From NCBI GenBank assembly GCA_046350735.1, contig JAXLZU010000001.1, forward strand, positions 76,530 through 140,529: DNA of 64,000 bases. Direction: 5' to 3'. Under the pieces are notes generated by a model that worked only from the letters and a program-made list of their open reading frames with translations, did not search any database and had not been told where the DNA came from. Each line of letters begins with the position of its first letter. Position 1 is the first letter of the stretch. Of the stretch, positions 9,337-18,378 are shown piece after piece. Made by a program: the position numbers and the translations under genes. Source of the stretch: Candidatus Saccharimonadota bacterium (GTDB lineage: Bacteria > Patescibacteriota > Saccharimonadia > CAILAD01 > BJGX01).

Positions 9337-12104
9337 AATCATATATAGCACAAGCAAATGTCTATTTGCTAAGCGCACTGTTATTCTTTTTGCCATTTGA
9401 GATTTGGCCGCAACTGTATTGGTACAGCACGGCAGTTCGACCAAGCCATATCGTTGGTACTCTATTATTACTCATTAATATACCAATGCTGATAAAACGG
9501 CGTTGGGACTGGCTGCAGTTACCATGGGTATTGCTAGCCTTGTTTTTGCTAACAGGGGTTATATCGGCATTCTATAACAAAAGTACCAGCCACAGTTATC
9601 TAACTCTTATGTTGTATGGGTATGAGTTTGTGTTGGCTTTTTGTGTTGCACAAATAATTAATAAGCGAGACTTAGCATGGTATCGCAATATTATTCTTAT
9701 TAGTGGAAGTCTAGTTGTGATATTTGCCTTGTGGCAATTTTTTGGTGATGTGCTTGGTGTTTCTACTCATTACACGCTTTTGGCTACTCGCTATTCTAAG
9801 CTTATCTTTGGGTATCCTCGAATAACGGGGCTGAGTTTTGAGCCTGCTACTCTAGTAAACTATCTTATTATCCCACTTAGTCTGGCACTTGTAACATTTT
9901 TTGTAAAACCTAGTAAGCGCTATTTTGTTTTGTCTGTTGCATTCTTAAGTAGTATATTCTTGGCAACATCACGCTCGGCATTTATTGGGTTGTCGCTAAT
10001 ATCTCTTATATTGTTAGTAGTTCTTGCAGCTAAAAGGTACTATAAAGAAATTGTTTATCTTGGTTTATTAGTAGTTATGTCTGCTGTTTTTGCGGCTACA
10101 ATTTTGTTTGTAGGTGCACGCCTGGCCAGACCAGTGCAGGTAGCAGTTCCGTCTGATATTCAGACAACTATACCACAGACAGGCATTAATCCTTCGGTGG
10201 TACGTCATAACCTGACTACTCAGCTTGCTTCTGTAGAAACAAATACCTCGGTACAGACTCGCTTAGATTCATGGCGAGCAGGAATAAAAGTATTTATTAC
10301 TCATCCTGTATTAGGAATAGGACCAGGAAATTTACAGGCCACATTAGCACGACAGTTTAATGTTGATACATCAATATATAGCGGCAATTCGCTATCACGT
10401 AGCGTATATGTACAACTTTTGGCAGAGCAGGGTATTGTTGGTAGCGGCATATTAATTGTTTTTCTGATTACCTTACTTTGGTTGGCGGTACAGGTATGGC
10501 CAAGAATACATAGTAAACAAGAAGAAATATGGCTGTTGGCAATAGTACTTATGAGTATAATGTTTTTGGTGCAGTGGCAGAGCCTAGGTAATTTAGCAGT
10601 TACACATACATGGATATTTGTTGGTGTGCTCGTTGGTATCACTGGCTCGGTAAAAGTAATGTATTTAGACAATCTTCGTCGTCGTGTGCAGAGCAGTGTA
10701 TGGCTTCGCCAAAACAAATTAGCTTTAGTAATATCTGCAATAAGTTTTGGATATTATGTACTACTGCAATATTTGTTATATCGTAAGTTGCAGATACCAA
10801 TGCTCGATCTCGGTTTGTTTAACAGGCATATGTATGGGCTGGTTCACTCGGGCCTCAGCATTAATCCTCTTAAGGGCTATAATCTCTTGGGCGACCATGC
10901 GCACTTTTTCTTATTGCCACTAGTGCCACTGTATTATCTTTGGCAAGCCCCCGGATTCTTACTTGTCTTGCAAGCACTTTGTATTGTACTCAGCGGTTGG
11001 CCAATATATTTAATTGCCAAACACTATTCATCCAAGCCTCAGCTGGCAGCATTCTGGCTGCTGCCGTACTTTTTATTCTTTGGGTTCTTTTCTGCACTCG
11101 TCTATTCTTTTCACGACTCAGCTGCCGCCGTCTTACCACTGGCCTGGGTGCTGTATTTTCTATTAGTAAGTAAAAACTATCGGCATTTATGTATTGGCTT
11201 AGCAACACTGTTGCTCTTTCGCGAAGACATGCCGCTCGTAGCACTAATGGTAGCAATTTATCTAATAATAGTTGAACGTAAATATTGGCTTGGTGTAGCA
11301 ATTGGGTTTGTTAGTGCACTATATTTTGCTGTTATAACTAAGCTATGGCTACCACTATTTGGGCCGAGTTATGGATATGAAAAAACAAATTTTGGCAGCG
11401 GCATACAAGATGTAGTAAAAGCAGTATTTCTACAGCCACTTGGTGTCGTAAAAGCGTTCTTTTTGCCGAGCGAAAAGCTACGCAACATGCTAGCTATGGT
11501 ATTTTCATTCGGTGGTTTTAGTATCTTTGCTCTCGAAATAGTAATTTTACTTTTACCACTGTGGCTAGGGAGATTTTTAAGTACTGAGACATGGCGATGG
11601 GGAAGCTTTGAGCACTACTCGGCATCGCAAGCCCCAATATTGGCAGCCGCATCTATTATTGGTTTGTATCGGTTGATACAATTTTTACACAAAAATTATG
11701 GTGTTAATAAAGAGTTACTATACAAGATAGCCATTAGCTCTACGATACTATTGGCCTTTAGTATTAACATAGCTATGCACCAATATGCAGTACTAAAGCC
11801 ATTGTCCCTTCGGTTTTATAAGCTCACCCCTACAGAGCGGAGTGCTCGCACAGCATTTCAGTTAATTCCTAAAAATGCGAGCGTTGGTGCGAGCTCGGCA
11901 TTTGCTATGCTTTCTTCGCGTGCAGAGATTTATTACTTACCACTACCAGAGGGGGCACACCCAGAATATATTGTTATTTCGAGCAACCTAGAAAAATGGC
12001 CATTTATGAGCAAGCAGGAAGTTGATGAGTATATTAGTGTACTTACAAATAATGGCTATAGAGAAGTATTTAACGAAAATACTGTTGTGATACTACAAAG
12101 ATAA
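9321..12104 (+). CDS. large polytopic membrane protein: N-terminal O-antigen-ligase/Wzy_C-like domain fused to C-terminal DUF2079-like domain
   Basis: 927 aa with more than 20 predicted TM helices. Periplasmic-loop motif R..W......HP.LG.G.GN and NSLSRSVYVQLLAEQGIVG resemble the Wzy_C/WaaL family. Second half (LGDHAHFFLLPLVPLYYLW...) resembles DUF2079 predicted membrane glycosyltransferase-like proteins. Confidence 0.65.
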   Translation: MAEEIKSYIAQANVYLLSALLFFLPFEIWPQLYWYSTAVRPSHIVGTLLLLINIPMLIKRRWDWLQLPWVLLALFLLTGVISAFYNKSTSHSYLTLMLYGYEFVLAFCVAQIINKRDLAWYRNIILISGSLVVIFALWQFFGDVLGVSTHYTLLATRYSKLIFGYPRITGLSFEPATLVNYLIIPLSLALVTFFVKPSKRYFVLSVAFLSSIFLATSRSAFIGLSLISLILLVVLAAKRYYKEIVYLGLLVVMSAVFAATILFVGARLARPVQVAVPSDIQTTIPQTGINPSVVRHNLTTQLASVETNTSVQTRLDSWRAGIKVFITHPVLGIGPGNLQATLARQFNVDTSIYSGNSLSRSVYVQLLAEQGIVGSGILIVFLITLLWLAVQVWPRIHSKQEEIWLLAIVLMSIMFLVQWQSLGNLAVTHTWIFVGVLVGITGSVKVMYLDNLRRRVQSSVWLRQNKLALVISAISFGYYVLLQYLLYRKLQIPMLDLGLFNRHMYGLVHSGLSINPLKGYNLLGDHAHFFLLPLVPLYYLWQAPGFLLVLQALCIVLSGWPIYLIAKHYSSKPQLAAFWLLPYFLFFGFFSALVYSFHDSAAAVLPLAWVLYFLLVSKNYRHLCIGLATLLLFREDMPLVALMVAIYLIIVERKYWLGVAIGFVSALYFAVITKLWLPLFGPSYGYEKTNFGSGIQDVVKAVFLQPLGVVKAFFLPSEKLRNMLAMVFSFGGFSIFALEIVILLLPLWLGRFLSTETWRWGSFEHYSASQAPILAAASIIGLYRLIQFLHKNYGVNKELLYKIAISSTILLAFSINIAMHQYAVLKPLSLRFYKLTPTERSARTAFQLIPKNASVGASSAFAMLSSRAEIYYLPLPEGAHPEYIVISSNLEKWPFMSKQEVDEYISVLTNNGYREVFNENTVVILQR

Positions 12105-12162
12105 GCTATTCTTTCGTAATTGTACTCAAGAGTGAAATAATTCAACAGCTATTCAGAATTGT

Positions 12163-12705
12163 TTATTTGGCTCTAACACCATTTGGCTGGATTACCCACC
12201 AAAAACCGCCATGTGTTCTAACGTTATGGCACTCTACTTCTCCGGCTTTCTCATGTGCGTAATAATATAATGGATGACCATTGTAGGTAACTTGAGTAGT
12301 ACCATCACTGCGCTTAGTGGTTCCAAGCAATTGACTATTTACCTCAGCAGTTGCAATCGGTGTACCATTTGTTAGCACAGGCGGCCACTCTTTGGCACAG
12401 TCTCCATAGCATTTAGCTGTTGACGAATCTTCTAGTTGCCAAATATAGATAGCCTGATTGTTGTTATCAAAAAGCATCACGCCATATTTACTGTTACCGG
12501 TTTTAATAATAGTTCCGGTAGCAGTATCTTCTTTGTTTACTTCAGGCTTATTGTTAGGCGGTGCTGATTCAATATTTTTGTTAGCAGCTGTTTGATTATT
12601 ATTACTATTTAATCGAAATAAAAAGTAGCCAAGGCATGCTATTGCTATTACAAACGCAAGTATACCCAACCAAACTAACTTAGAGTTATTTTTTGTTACT
12701 TTCAT
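12163..12705 (-). CDS. secreted/membrane-anchored protein of the COG4315 (Yx[FWY]xx[DE] repeat) family
   Basis: N-terminal TM anchor. Low-complexity linker. C-terminal IYIWQLED and LYYYAHEKAGE repeats. Confidence 0.55.
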   Translation of the reverse strand: MKVTKNNSKLVWLGILAFVIAIACLGYFLFRLNSNNNQTAANKNIESAPPNNKPEVNKEDTATGTIIKTGNSKYGVMLFDNNNQAIYIWQLEDSSTAKCYGDCAKEWPPVLTNGTPIATAEVNSQLLGTTKRSDGTTQVTYNGHPLYYYAHEKAGEVECHNVRTHGGFWWVIQPNGVRAK

Positions 12706-12754
12706 ATACCTATTATACTAAAAAAGACCGATACAATTCGTATCGGTCAATAAG
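12706..12754 (-). terminator. rho-independent terminator downstream of hydrolase gene
   Basis: On the minus strand: GACCGATACGAATTGTATCGGTC hairpin followed by TTTTTT. Confidence 0.6.
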
Positions 12755-14080
12755 TTATCTTCCTGGCCAGGAGCTATCTGCCCAAGCCCAGCCAATGTAT
12801 GGTCCGGCACCTACCGAGCTAATAGTGGTAATACGGGCGCCATAAGCCTTTCCATTATATGTATATCCATTACTCACAAACTGACCGTTGCCAATAGATA
12901 GCATTACATGGCCATAGCCACCATTTACATTTGCGGCACCAAAGAACGCTAAGGCACCGGCAGGCACATTAGTATCACCTCTATGCATTTGCCCAGTGGC
13001 AATTTTAGCATTCGCATTGGCAAGTGCACTGCCATATCGCCCACGTGTACCAAAGGCTTGCTCCACCATAAGTTCACACAGACCGTTCCAAGAAGTACTA
13101 CCAACTTGTGATTTAGCCCAGTTGATTGCTCGCTGCTCTTTGGTAGTAATTATCGGGGAAGGTGGAGCAGAACAACCTGCAGCCCCAGCGTATGGGTAGG
13201 TAGCAAACATGGTATTAATTTCGGCTTGCGATGCCGAGCGGACACCATTCCAACCACCATAGCAACGTAGCAATGTTTCGGCACTAGACATACCAAATAT
13301 TTGCCCGTTGTGCAGTAAGAAAACGGTTCCATTTGGCGACAAAAGTTTGGTGCCTTCTGGCAGGCTATACTGACAACCTGCAGTACCGCCACCGGGGTAC
13401 GTTATTGTAAGTCTAAGAATCTCGGCATCACTAACATGATGTACCGCTGACCAACCGCCATAACAGCCAAGAACTGCCGGGCTCGGAATGGCGAGCCAAG
13501 TACTATTTCTTACTAAATATACACCTGGTCCAGAACCTTGCAAGAGCGTATTGTTTGCATAAGTAATTCTACTACAGGTAAACGTACCGGCATTTGAGTA
13601 GGTAGCCATGGCCCAACGAAATTCATAGGCTGGCATGTTCATTTGTACTGGTGCCCAACCACCTAGACACGCAATAAGTGTTTCGGGGTTAGGAACCCAA
13701 TAGCTATTGCTGCCCGAAATTACGTACACCGCACTACTGTTAGGGTCTTTAAAGGTCTTATTATTTGGGTAAACTACCCGGCAGAACGCGGGCTGACTAA
13801 CACCCATAGTTACTATGGCATCATTAAGAAGGCTATCATTAATCCAATTAACGCGAGACCAACCACCTAGGCAAGTAGTGAGTGTTTCTGGGTCTAAGAT
13901 GGGATGGAGGTTACCATTACTCACATAATACACACCAGGCCCCGAACCCTTTAGTAGACTGCCATCGGGGTAACGTGTGCTGGCAGAAGCCTGTTGTTGT
14001 GAAAGTGCAAGGCCACAAATCGTAAGAACAATGGCCAATAATGAAAAAACGACCTTGTGGGTCGTAGGGGAGGTTTCCAT
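12755..14080 (-). CDS. secreted cell-wall hydrolase: signal peptide, about 5 CxGGW repeats, C-terminal CHAP/NlpC-P60-like Cys-His domain
   Basis: AAGGAGG RBS 6 nt before the second in-frame ATG (METSPTTHKVVFSLLAIVLTICGLALS signal peptide). Repeated modules of about 55 aa each contain C(L/Y)GGW. C-terminus has WNGLCELMV...GYGHVMLSIG (Cys/His pair). Visibly GC-richer than neighbouring genes. Confidence 0.7.
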   Translation of the reverse strand: METSPTTHKVVFSLLAIVLTICGLALSQQQASASTRYPDGSLLKGSGPGVYYVSNGNLHPILDPETLTTCLGGWSRVNWINDSLLNDAIVTMGVSQPAFCRVVYPNNKTFKDPNSSAVYVISGSNSYWVPNPETLIACLGGWAPVQMNMPAYEFRWAMATYSNAGTFTCSRITYANNTLLQGSGPGVYLVRNSTWLAIPSPAVLGCYGGWSAVHHVSDAEILRLTITYPGGGTAGCQYSLPEGTKLLSPNGTVFLLHNGQIFGMSSAETLLRCYGGWNGVRSASQAEINTMFATYPYAGAAGCSAPPSPIITTKEQRAINWAKSQVGSTSWNGLCELMVEQAFGTRGRYGSALANANAKIATGQMHRGDTNVPAGALAFFGAANVNGGYGHVMLSIGNGQFVSNGYTYNGKAYGARITTISSVGAGPYIGWAWADSSWPGR

Positions 14081-14229
14081 TGTCATCCTCCTTGTTCGGC
14101 GCTGGGGACTTGTGATTACAATGGAATATATCCACCTTACCAAATCTAAAAATGGCTTTGCAAGCAGCAGCAGTTTTATGCCGCCTCATGCTTAAAAAAT
14201 ATACTATTTTAAGGTATAATACCCTAGAT

Positions 14230-15348
14230 ATGAAGATCGTAATTGATGGTCGTTTTATAAAGCAAACTGGCATAGGTCGCTACATTGAAGAAATGGTTGA
14301 GCAGGTTTTACTTATCGACAAAAAAAACCAATATGTACTAATTATTCGCAAAAAAGACAAAGACCAAATTACCCTTAAGGCCAAGAATTTATCATTACTT
14401 CCGGTCGATATGGATTGGTATAACTTTAAAGAGCAAATACAGCTTGCCAAAATAATAGAATCGCAAAAGCCAGACTTAGTACATTTTACTAATTTTAATT
14501 TTCCACTACGTTATCGTGGTAAATTTGTAATGACTATACACGATCTTACCTTATTGCACTTTCAGAATATTCGCAAAAAAGGTATGGGCACGCTTAAGTA
14601 CAAAGTGCGAGATCAAGCTAGGCGTTTGGCAATGCGCCAAGGTGTAAAACGCGCCAAAATGCTACTTGTAGATAGCGAGTATGTAAAAGAAGATATTGCC
14701 AAAACCTACCATGTAAGACGCAATAAAATTGTGGTTGCACCACTTGCTGGTGAAGCCGCGTATCAACGTGCTCGGGTAGATTTAGAAAAATATGGTATTA
14801 ACAAACCATTCTTGTTTTATACCGGCAATGCCTATCCACACAAAAATCTCGAACGCCTAATTCTGGCATTTGGACAGCTAACAACTAAGTATCTCTTAGA
14901 CTATCAATTAGTTATTGGTGGTAAAAAAGATGATTTTCACGAAGGCTTAGAAGAAGAAGTAAAAAAATCTGGTCTGAGTGAGCGAGTTATCTTTACGGGC
15001 TTTGTAAGCGATGCCGAGCTAGCAGGGCTATATAAAGCTGCTACTTTGTATGTTTTGCCATCACTCTCAGAAGGCTTTGGCTTGCCTGGGCTTGAAGCAA
15101 TGAGTTATGGCCTGCCGGTAGTTAGCAGTAATGCTACCTGTCTACCAGAAGTATTAGAAGATGCCGCGGTATATTTTGACCCTCGTAGCGTTAAAGATAT
15201 AGCTGCAGTTATTGCTAATACACTCGCCGACAAAGACTTGCTCGCCAAGCTAACCAAAAAAGGCTATCGTCAAATTAAAAAATACAGTTGGCGTAAGACT
15301 GCTAAGATAACACATGAAGTGTATGAAAAGGTATTAAGACAAAAATAA
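14230..15348 (+). CDS. GT4 (GT-B fold) glycosyltransferase
   Basis: MKIVIDGRFI start. C-terminal EGFGLPGLEAMSYGLPVVSS is the GT4 signature. Start moved to the ATG at 14230 rather than the ORF-track start at 14152. Confidence 0.85.
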   Translation: MKIVIDGRFIKQTGIGRYIEEMVEQVLLIDKKNQYVLIIRKKDKDQITLKAKNLSLLPVDMDWYNFKEQIQLAKIIESQKPDLVHFTNFNFPLRYRGKFVMTIHDLTLLHFQNIRKKGMGTLKYKVRDQARRLAMRQGVKRAKMLLVDSEYVKEDIAKTYHVRRNKIVVAPLAGEAAYQRARVDLEKYGINKPFLFYTGNAYPHKNLERLILAFGQLTTKYLLDYQLVIGGKKDDFHEGLEEEVKKSGLSERVIFTGFVSDAELAGLYKAATLYVLPSLSEGFGLPGLEAMSYGLPVVSSNATCLPEVLEDAAVYFDPRSVKDIAAVIANTLADKDLLAKLTKKGYRQIKKYSWRKTAKITHEVYEKVLRQK

Positions 15349-15353
15349 GTAAG

Positions 15354-16382
15354 TTAATTTTTGTTTGGTATAGTTTTAATGGCTTCCCACATTTCGGGGT
15401 GGCCGTTTTCTTTTAGCCAGTACCACCATTCTGATCCCCACAGATCAAACTCTCTTATTTGGCTCTGCCGAGCATACTCAATATTCTCATATAAAATTTT
15501 AGGGTTCATAGTAGCAAATGCTTCTTGGGGGTTGAGATTTTCGTTGCCAACTTTACCCCACGCCTCAGCTTGAAGCTCGTGAATTTTTATTTCTGAGCGA
15601 GTATAGAGGTTAATTATGGCAGCTTTCCACCAAAAGTAGAGGCCAGTTTGTGGGTAACGAAAGTAACCAAATGGACTCCACACCCAACGATACATCGAAA
15701 ACCCAAAGATATTACCATATGGCAAACGCACAGGAAAACCATTCTGATTACTCTGCGTAATAACTATTGGACGTGATGAGTCTAGACTCTTAACTAAGTT
15801 ATATTCAGCCTGATAATCTTTAGAGTTTAAGTTTTGAGCTGGACAATCACCAAAACTTTTTAGTAAGAACTCATTCTCTAACTGCCATTTCTCTATAGTA
15901 GGATTGTTTTTATACCTATTTACTACTGCCTCGAGCATTTTGAGTGATTCGGCATGTACTGCTTGAGAATTAGTCTTGTCTAGCCAAGCAGGGTAGTAAC
16001 ATTCGGGTACACGTAGGCTTTTTTGACCAATTACCATAGTAAGCTTGGCACCGCGTTTGCTCGCTTCATTTACCATGTAATCGGTTTGGCTAAAGTCGTA
16101 TACATCTGGCTGTGGCTCTAGCCTGTCCCAATAGGCTGCAATACGAATATGTCTAAAACCTAGCTCATCCATAAGCGAAGTAAAGTTTTTCTGCCAGTCG
16201 CTACCATAACGCTCTGCCTGTACTTGACTAAAGCTTACGCCAATTTGTTCTTGTCTATTGTGATTGAGCAACCAAAAACGCATCATCAAAACAAACGAAA
16301 CAACAATAACTATACCAATTAAAATAAGTGTGGTTCTCACTGCCCAATGGAGCTTTGGATTGGTAGTCTTAGCAACTTTCAT
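15354..16382 (-). CDS. membrane-anchored TIM-barrel glycoside hydrolase (clan GH-A, GH5/GH113-like)
   Basis: N-terminal TM helix. GFRHIRIAAYWDRLEP and WQLENE (NEP-type catalytic acid motif). Confidence 0.5.
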   Translation of the reverse strand: MKVAKTTNPKLHWAVRTTLILIGIVIVVSFVLMMRFWLLNHNRQEQIGVSFSQVQAERYGSDWQKNFTSLMDELGFRHIRIAAYWDRLEPQPDVYDFSQTDYMVNEASKRGAKLTMVIGQKSLRVPECYYPAWLDKTNSQAVHAESLKMLEAVVNRYKNNPTIEKWQLENEFLLKSFGDCPAQNLNSKDYQAEYNLVKSLDSSRPIVITQSNQNGFPVRLPYGNIFGFSMYRWVWSPFGYFRYPQTGLYFWWKAAIINLYTRSEIKIHELQAEAWGKVGNENLNPQEAFATMNPKILYENIEYARQSQIREFDLWGSEWWYWLKENGHPEMWEAIKTIPNKN

Positions 16383-16434
16383 AGATGTGTATTATAACAA
16401 ATAAAATACCCCACCGTCTGGTAGGGTAATGGTA

Positions 16435-17670
16435 CTAGGTAAGTAGATATTGATTGCCAAGAAGCCAAGGACTGTCTGGAGTTTGAGGACGATAACGAAT
16501 GTGCTGCTGAATCATTTCTACTTGCTTCGTATACATATCTCTTGGTGTAGCGCGGGTAATACTAAGGTGTCGTCGTACTAAGCGTTGAATGTCTTTGAAG
16601 AAACCAGAATAATCACCTGAGCGATACTCAGTACTAGCAAGCGTCATGGTAATAATTCGCAATAGTAACCGTTGCTGGTCTTTTTCTGCATGTTTTAGCT
16701 CGGAGAGAAGCATATCTAACTCACCTAGTTGTTGTTCGGCAAGTAGAGCTTCAACAAGCATTTCTGCAGCAATTGGTGAGTCACTCTGAGTAAGGCAATG
16801 GTGGTTTATCCAGACCTTTGCCCAGAAGTAGGGCTTTAGACCGAGTCTGTCGAGTCGCTTGGTAGCTTCTCTCATAAAAGCATTAACACGTTTTCTCCCT
16901 ACGCGTACACTACTCAGCATAGTCTGCAGATCCCAAATATCGGCCGCGATTGTTTCGGCAAAGGTGGTACAATTAAGATAACGATAACGCAGAGACTTCT
17001 CAGAGAGAGCATCGTACTCTAGTTGCAATCGCAGGCGAGCAATAGCTGCTGTTAGTCGAGCAGCATTGGCACTAGGGTTGTATCGAGCGAGCGAATCGCG
17101 AAACCCAACAGAATTTTCTACTCGACTGCGCGCATCTTTTCTAAGAAGTGTTCTACACAGCTGCATATCTGATGCAACTAGCCTAAGCAAATCAGCTTCG
17201 CCACTAGAATCTTGCAAGAGTTTAAACCAATCATCGAGCAGGCGCTGTCGAACTTCTTGCACAGTTTCTCTACGAGTTGTATCAAGATCAGAACGCAATG
17301 CAATATTTCTACTACCTTGAATACCAGAACGAATACCAGACTCTACCGTCACAAAGGTCTCATGCTCACTAAGTGGTGGTCGAGCCCTAACGTAAATAAG
17401 CACTTCACCAACCAAATCCATATCTTTAATGTCTGATACTTTGGTAACTACCCAATACTTCTCAGAGATATTTCTACCAGGCCTTACTAGGATCTGTCTA
17501 GCTCGAATATTGCGCGAACGCAGCTTTTTACCAGTAATAATTGGCTGTACCTCAACCCCAAGAGCATAGCTAAAGCGCATATCTTCTTGCACTGTCAATG
17601 TTTCTCCCTTTGTAGGTTCTCTCTTGAGAGCGAACGTATAATACCATGTAACACCTTGACTTTCAACCAT
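16435..17670 (-). CDS. hypothetical protein (411 aa, Arg-rich, no recognisable domain)
   Basis: Long ORF with coding-like composition, GC-richer than surroundings. No motif I can assign. Confidence 0.55.
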   Translation of the reverse strand: MVESQGVTWYYTFALKREPTKGETLTVQEDMRFSYALGVEVQPIITGKKLRSRNIRARQILVRPGRNISEKYWVVTKVSDIKDMDLVGEVLIYVRARPPLSEHETFVTVESGIRSGIQGSRNIALRSDLDTTRRETVQEVRQRLLDDWFKLLQDSSGEADLLRLVASDMQLCRTLLRKDARSRVENSVGFRDSLARYNPSANAARLTAAIARLRLQLEYDALSEKSLRYRYLNCTTFAETIAADIWDLQTMLSSVRVGRKRVNAFMREATKRLDRLGLKPYFWAKVWINHHCLTQSDSPIAAEMLVEALLAEQQLGELDMLLSELKHAEKDQQRLLLRIITMTLASTEYRSGDYSGFFKDIQRLVRRHLSITRATPRDMYTKQVEMIQQHIRYRPQTPDSPWLLGNQYLLT

Positions 17671-17719
17671 ATCAACAGATATAATCGTGTGGTTAGAGGT
17701 ATTTTAAAAGCAGAAGAAA

Positions 17720-18034
17720 ATGAAAAAAGATACTCGAAAATATATTGATAGGCGGGATTATCTAATTGCTGCAGTTGCCAAAAGACGTAAGGTACTAAAA
17801 GAAAAATCAGTACAATACAAAGGTGGTAAGTGCGAGCTATGTGGCTACGAGAAATGTATTGAAGCCTTGGATTTTCATCATAAAGATCCAAAAACAAAGA
17901 AATTTGGCATTAGCCATAAAGGATATACTCGCAGCTGGCAGGATGTGCAAGGCGAACTAAATAAGTGTGTTTTGGTTTGTGCAAATTGCCATAGAGAGAT
18001 AGAAGCAGGAGTATCAAACATTAATCCGGGGTAG
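17720..18034 (+). CDS. HNH endonuclease
   Basis: CELCGY...HHKDP...CANCH (HNH/zinc-ribbon motif). Stop codon lies inside the 5' acceptor stem of the following tRNA. Confidence 0.85.
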   Translation: MKKDTRKYIDRRDYLIAAVAKRRKVLKEKSVQYKGGKCELCGYEKCIEALDFHHKDPKTKKFGISHKGYTRSWQDVQGELNKCVLVCANCHREIEAGVSNINPG

Positions 18035-18336
18035 CTCAGTGGTAGAGCAGTTGGCTGTAAATTGATGCAGCGTTTAGTGGTAACACTAAGATGAAAATAG
18101 GGTGAATTGCGGGAAGCCTAAGTGAGAATATGGTAATCCGCAGCCAAGCCAAGAAGAGCAAAGGTTTCTTGGAAGGTTCAGAGACTAGAGGGTGAGACTC
18201 AACAATAATCTCTCAGATAGCGCCCTACATCCGTCATGGCGGATGATGATATAGTCCATTCCCATTTGAAAATTTGGGGTAGATGTAACCAATTGGTCGC
18301 TGGTTCGAATCCAGTCCCCGGAGCCATAGTACTTAT
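18025..18336 (+). tRNA. tRNA-Asn(GUU) interrupted by a group I intron in the anticodon loop
   Basis: 5' exon 18025-18058 TCCGGGGTAGCTCAGTGGTAGAGCAGTTGGCTGT. 3' exon 18296-18336 TAACCAATTGGTCGCTGGTTCGAATCCAGTCCCCGGAGCCA. Joined sequence gives a 75-nt cloverleaf with anticodon loop CUGUUAA (GUU), closely resembling bacterial tRNA-Asn. CCA is encoded. Confidence 0.85.
18059..18295 (+). mobile_element. group I self-splicing intron (ORF-less), inserted between anticodon-loop positions 35 and 36
   Basis: 5' exon ends in U and pairs with internal guide GCAGC (18068-18072) to form P1 with a U.G wobble. Intron ends in G. Core elements UUGCGGGAAGCC, UAUGGUAAUCCGCAGCCAAG, P7 5' strand CAGAGACUAGA and P7 3' strand AUAUAGUCC match the Tetrahymena-type group I core. 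Confidence 0.8.
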
Positions 18337-18350
18337 GCTTAAAAGACCCA

Positions 18351-18376
18351 ACCGGGTCTTTTTTGATATGATGTTG
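18351..18376 (+). terminator. rho-independent terminator after tRNA-Asn
   Basis: AAGACCC-AACC-GGGTCTT hairpin plus TTTTT. Confidence 0.6.
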
Positions 18377-18378
18377 TC

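Noticed and set aside
18025-18336. Reading the 5' exon anticodon loop as CUGUAAA (GUA, tRNA-Tyr) with the intron further 3'
   Set aside because: The 3' exon has a 5-nt variable loop (Tyr needs a long arm). It supplies UAA-CCAAU, giving CUGU+UAA, and the joined sequence matches tRNA-Asn throughout. The splice after U35 also satisfies the U.G / terminal-G rules.
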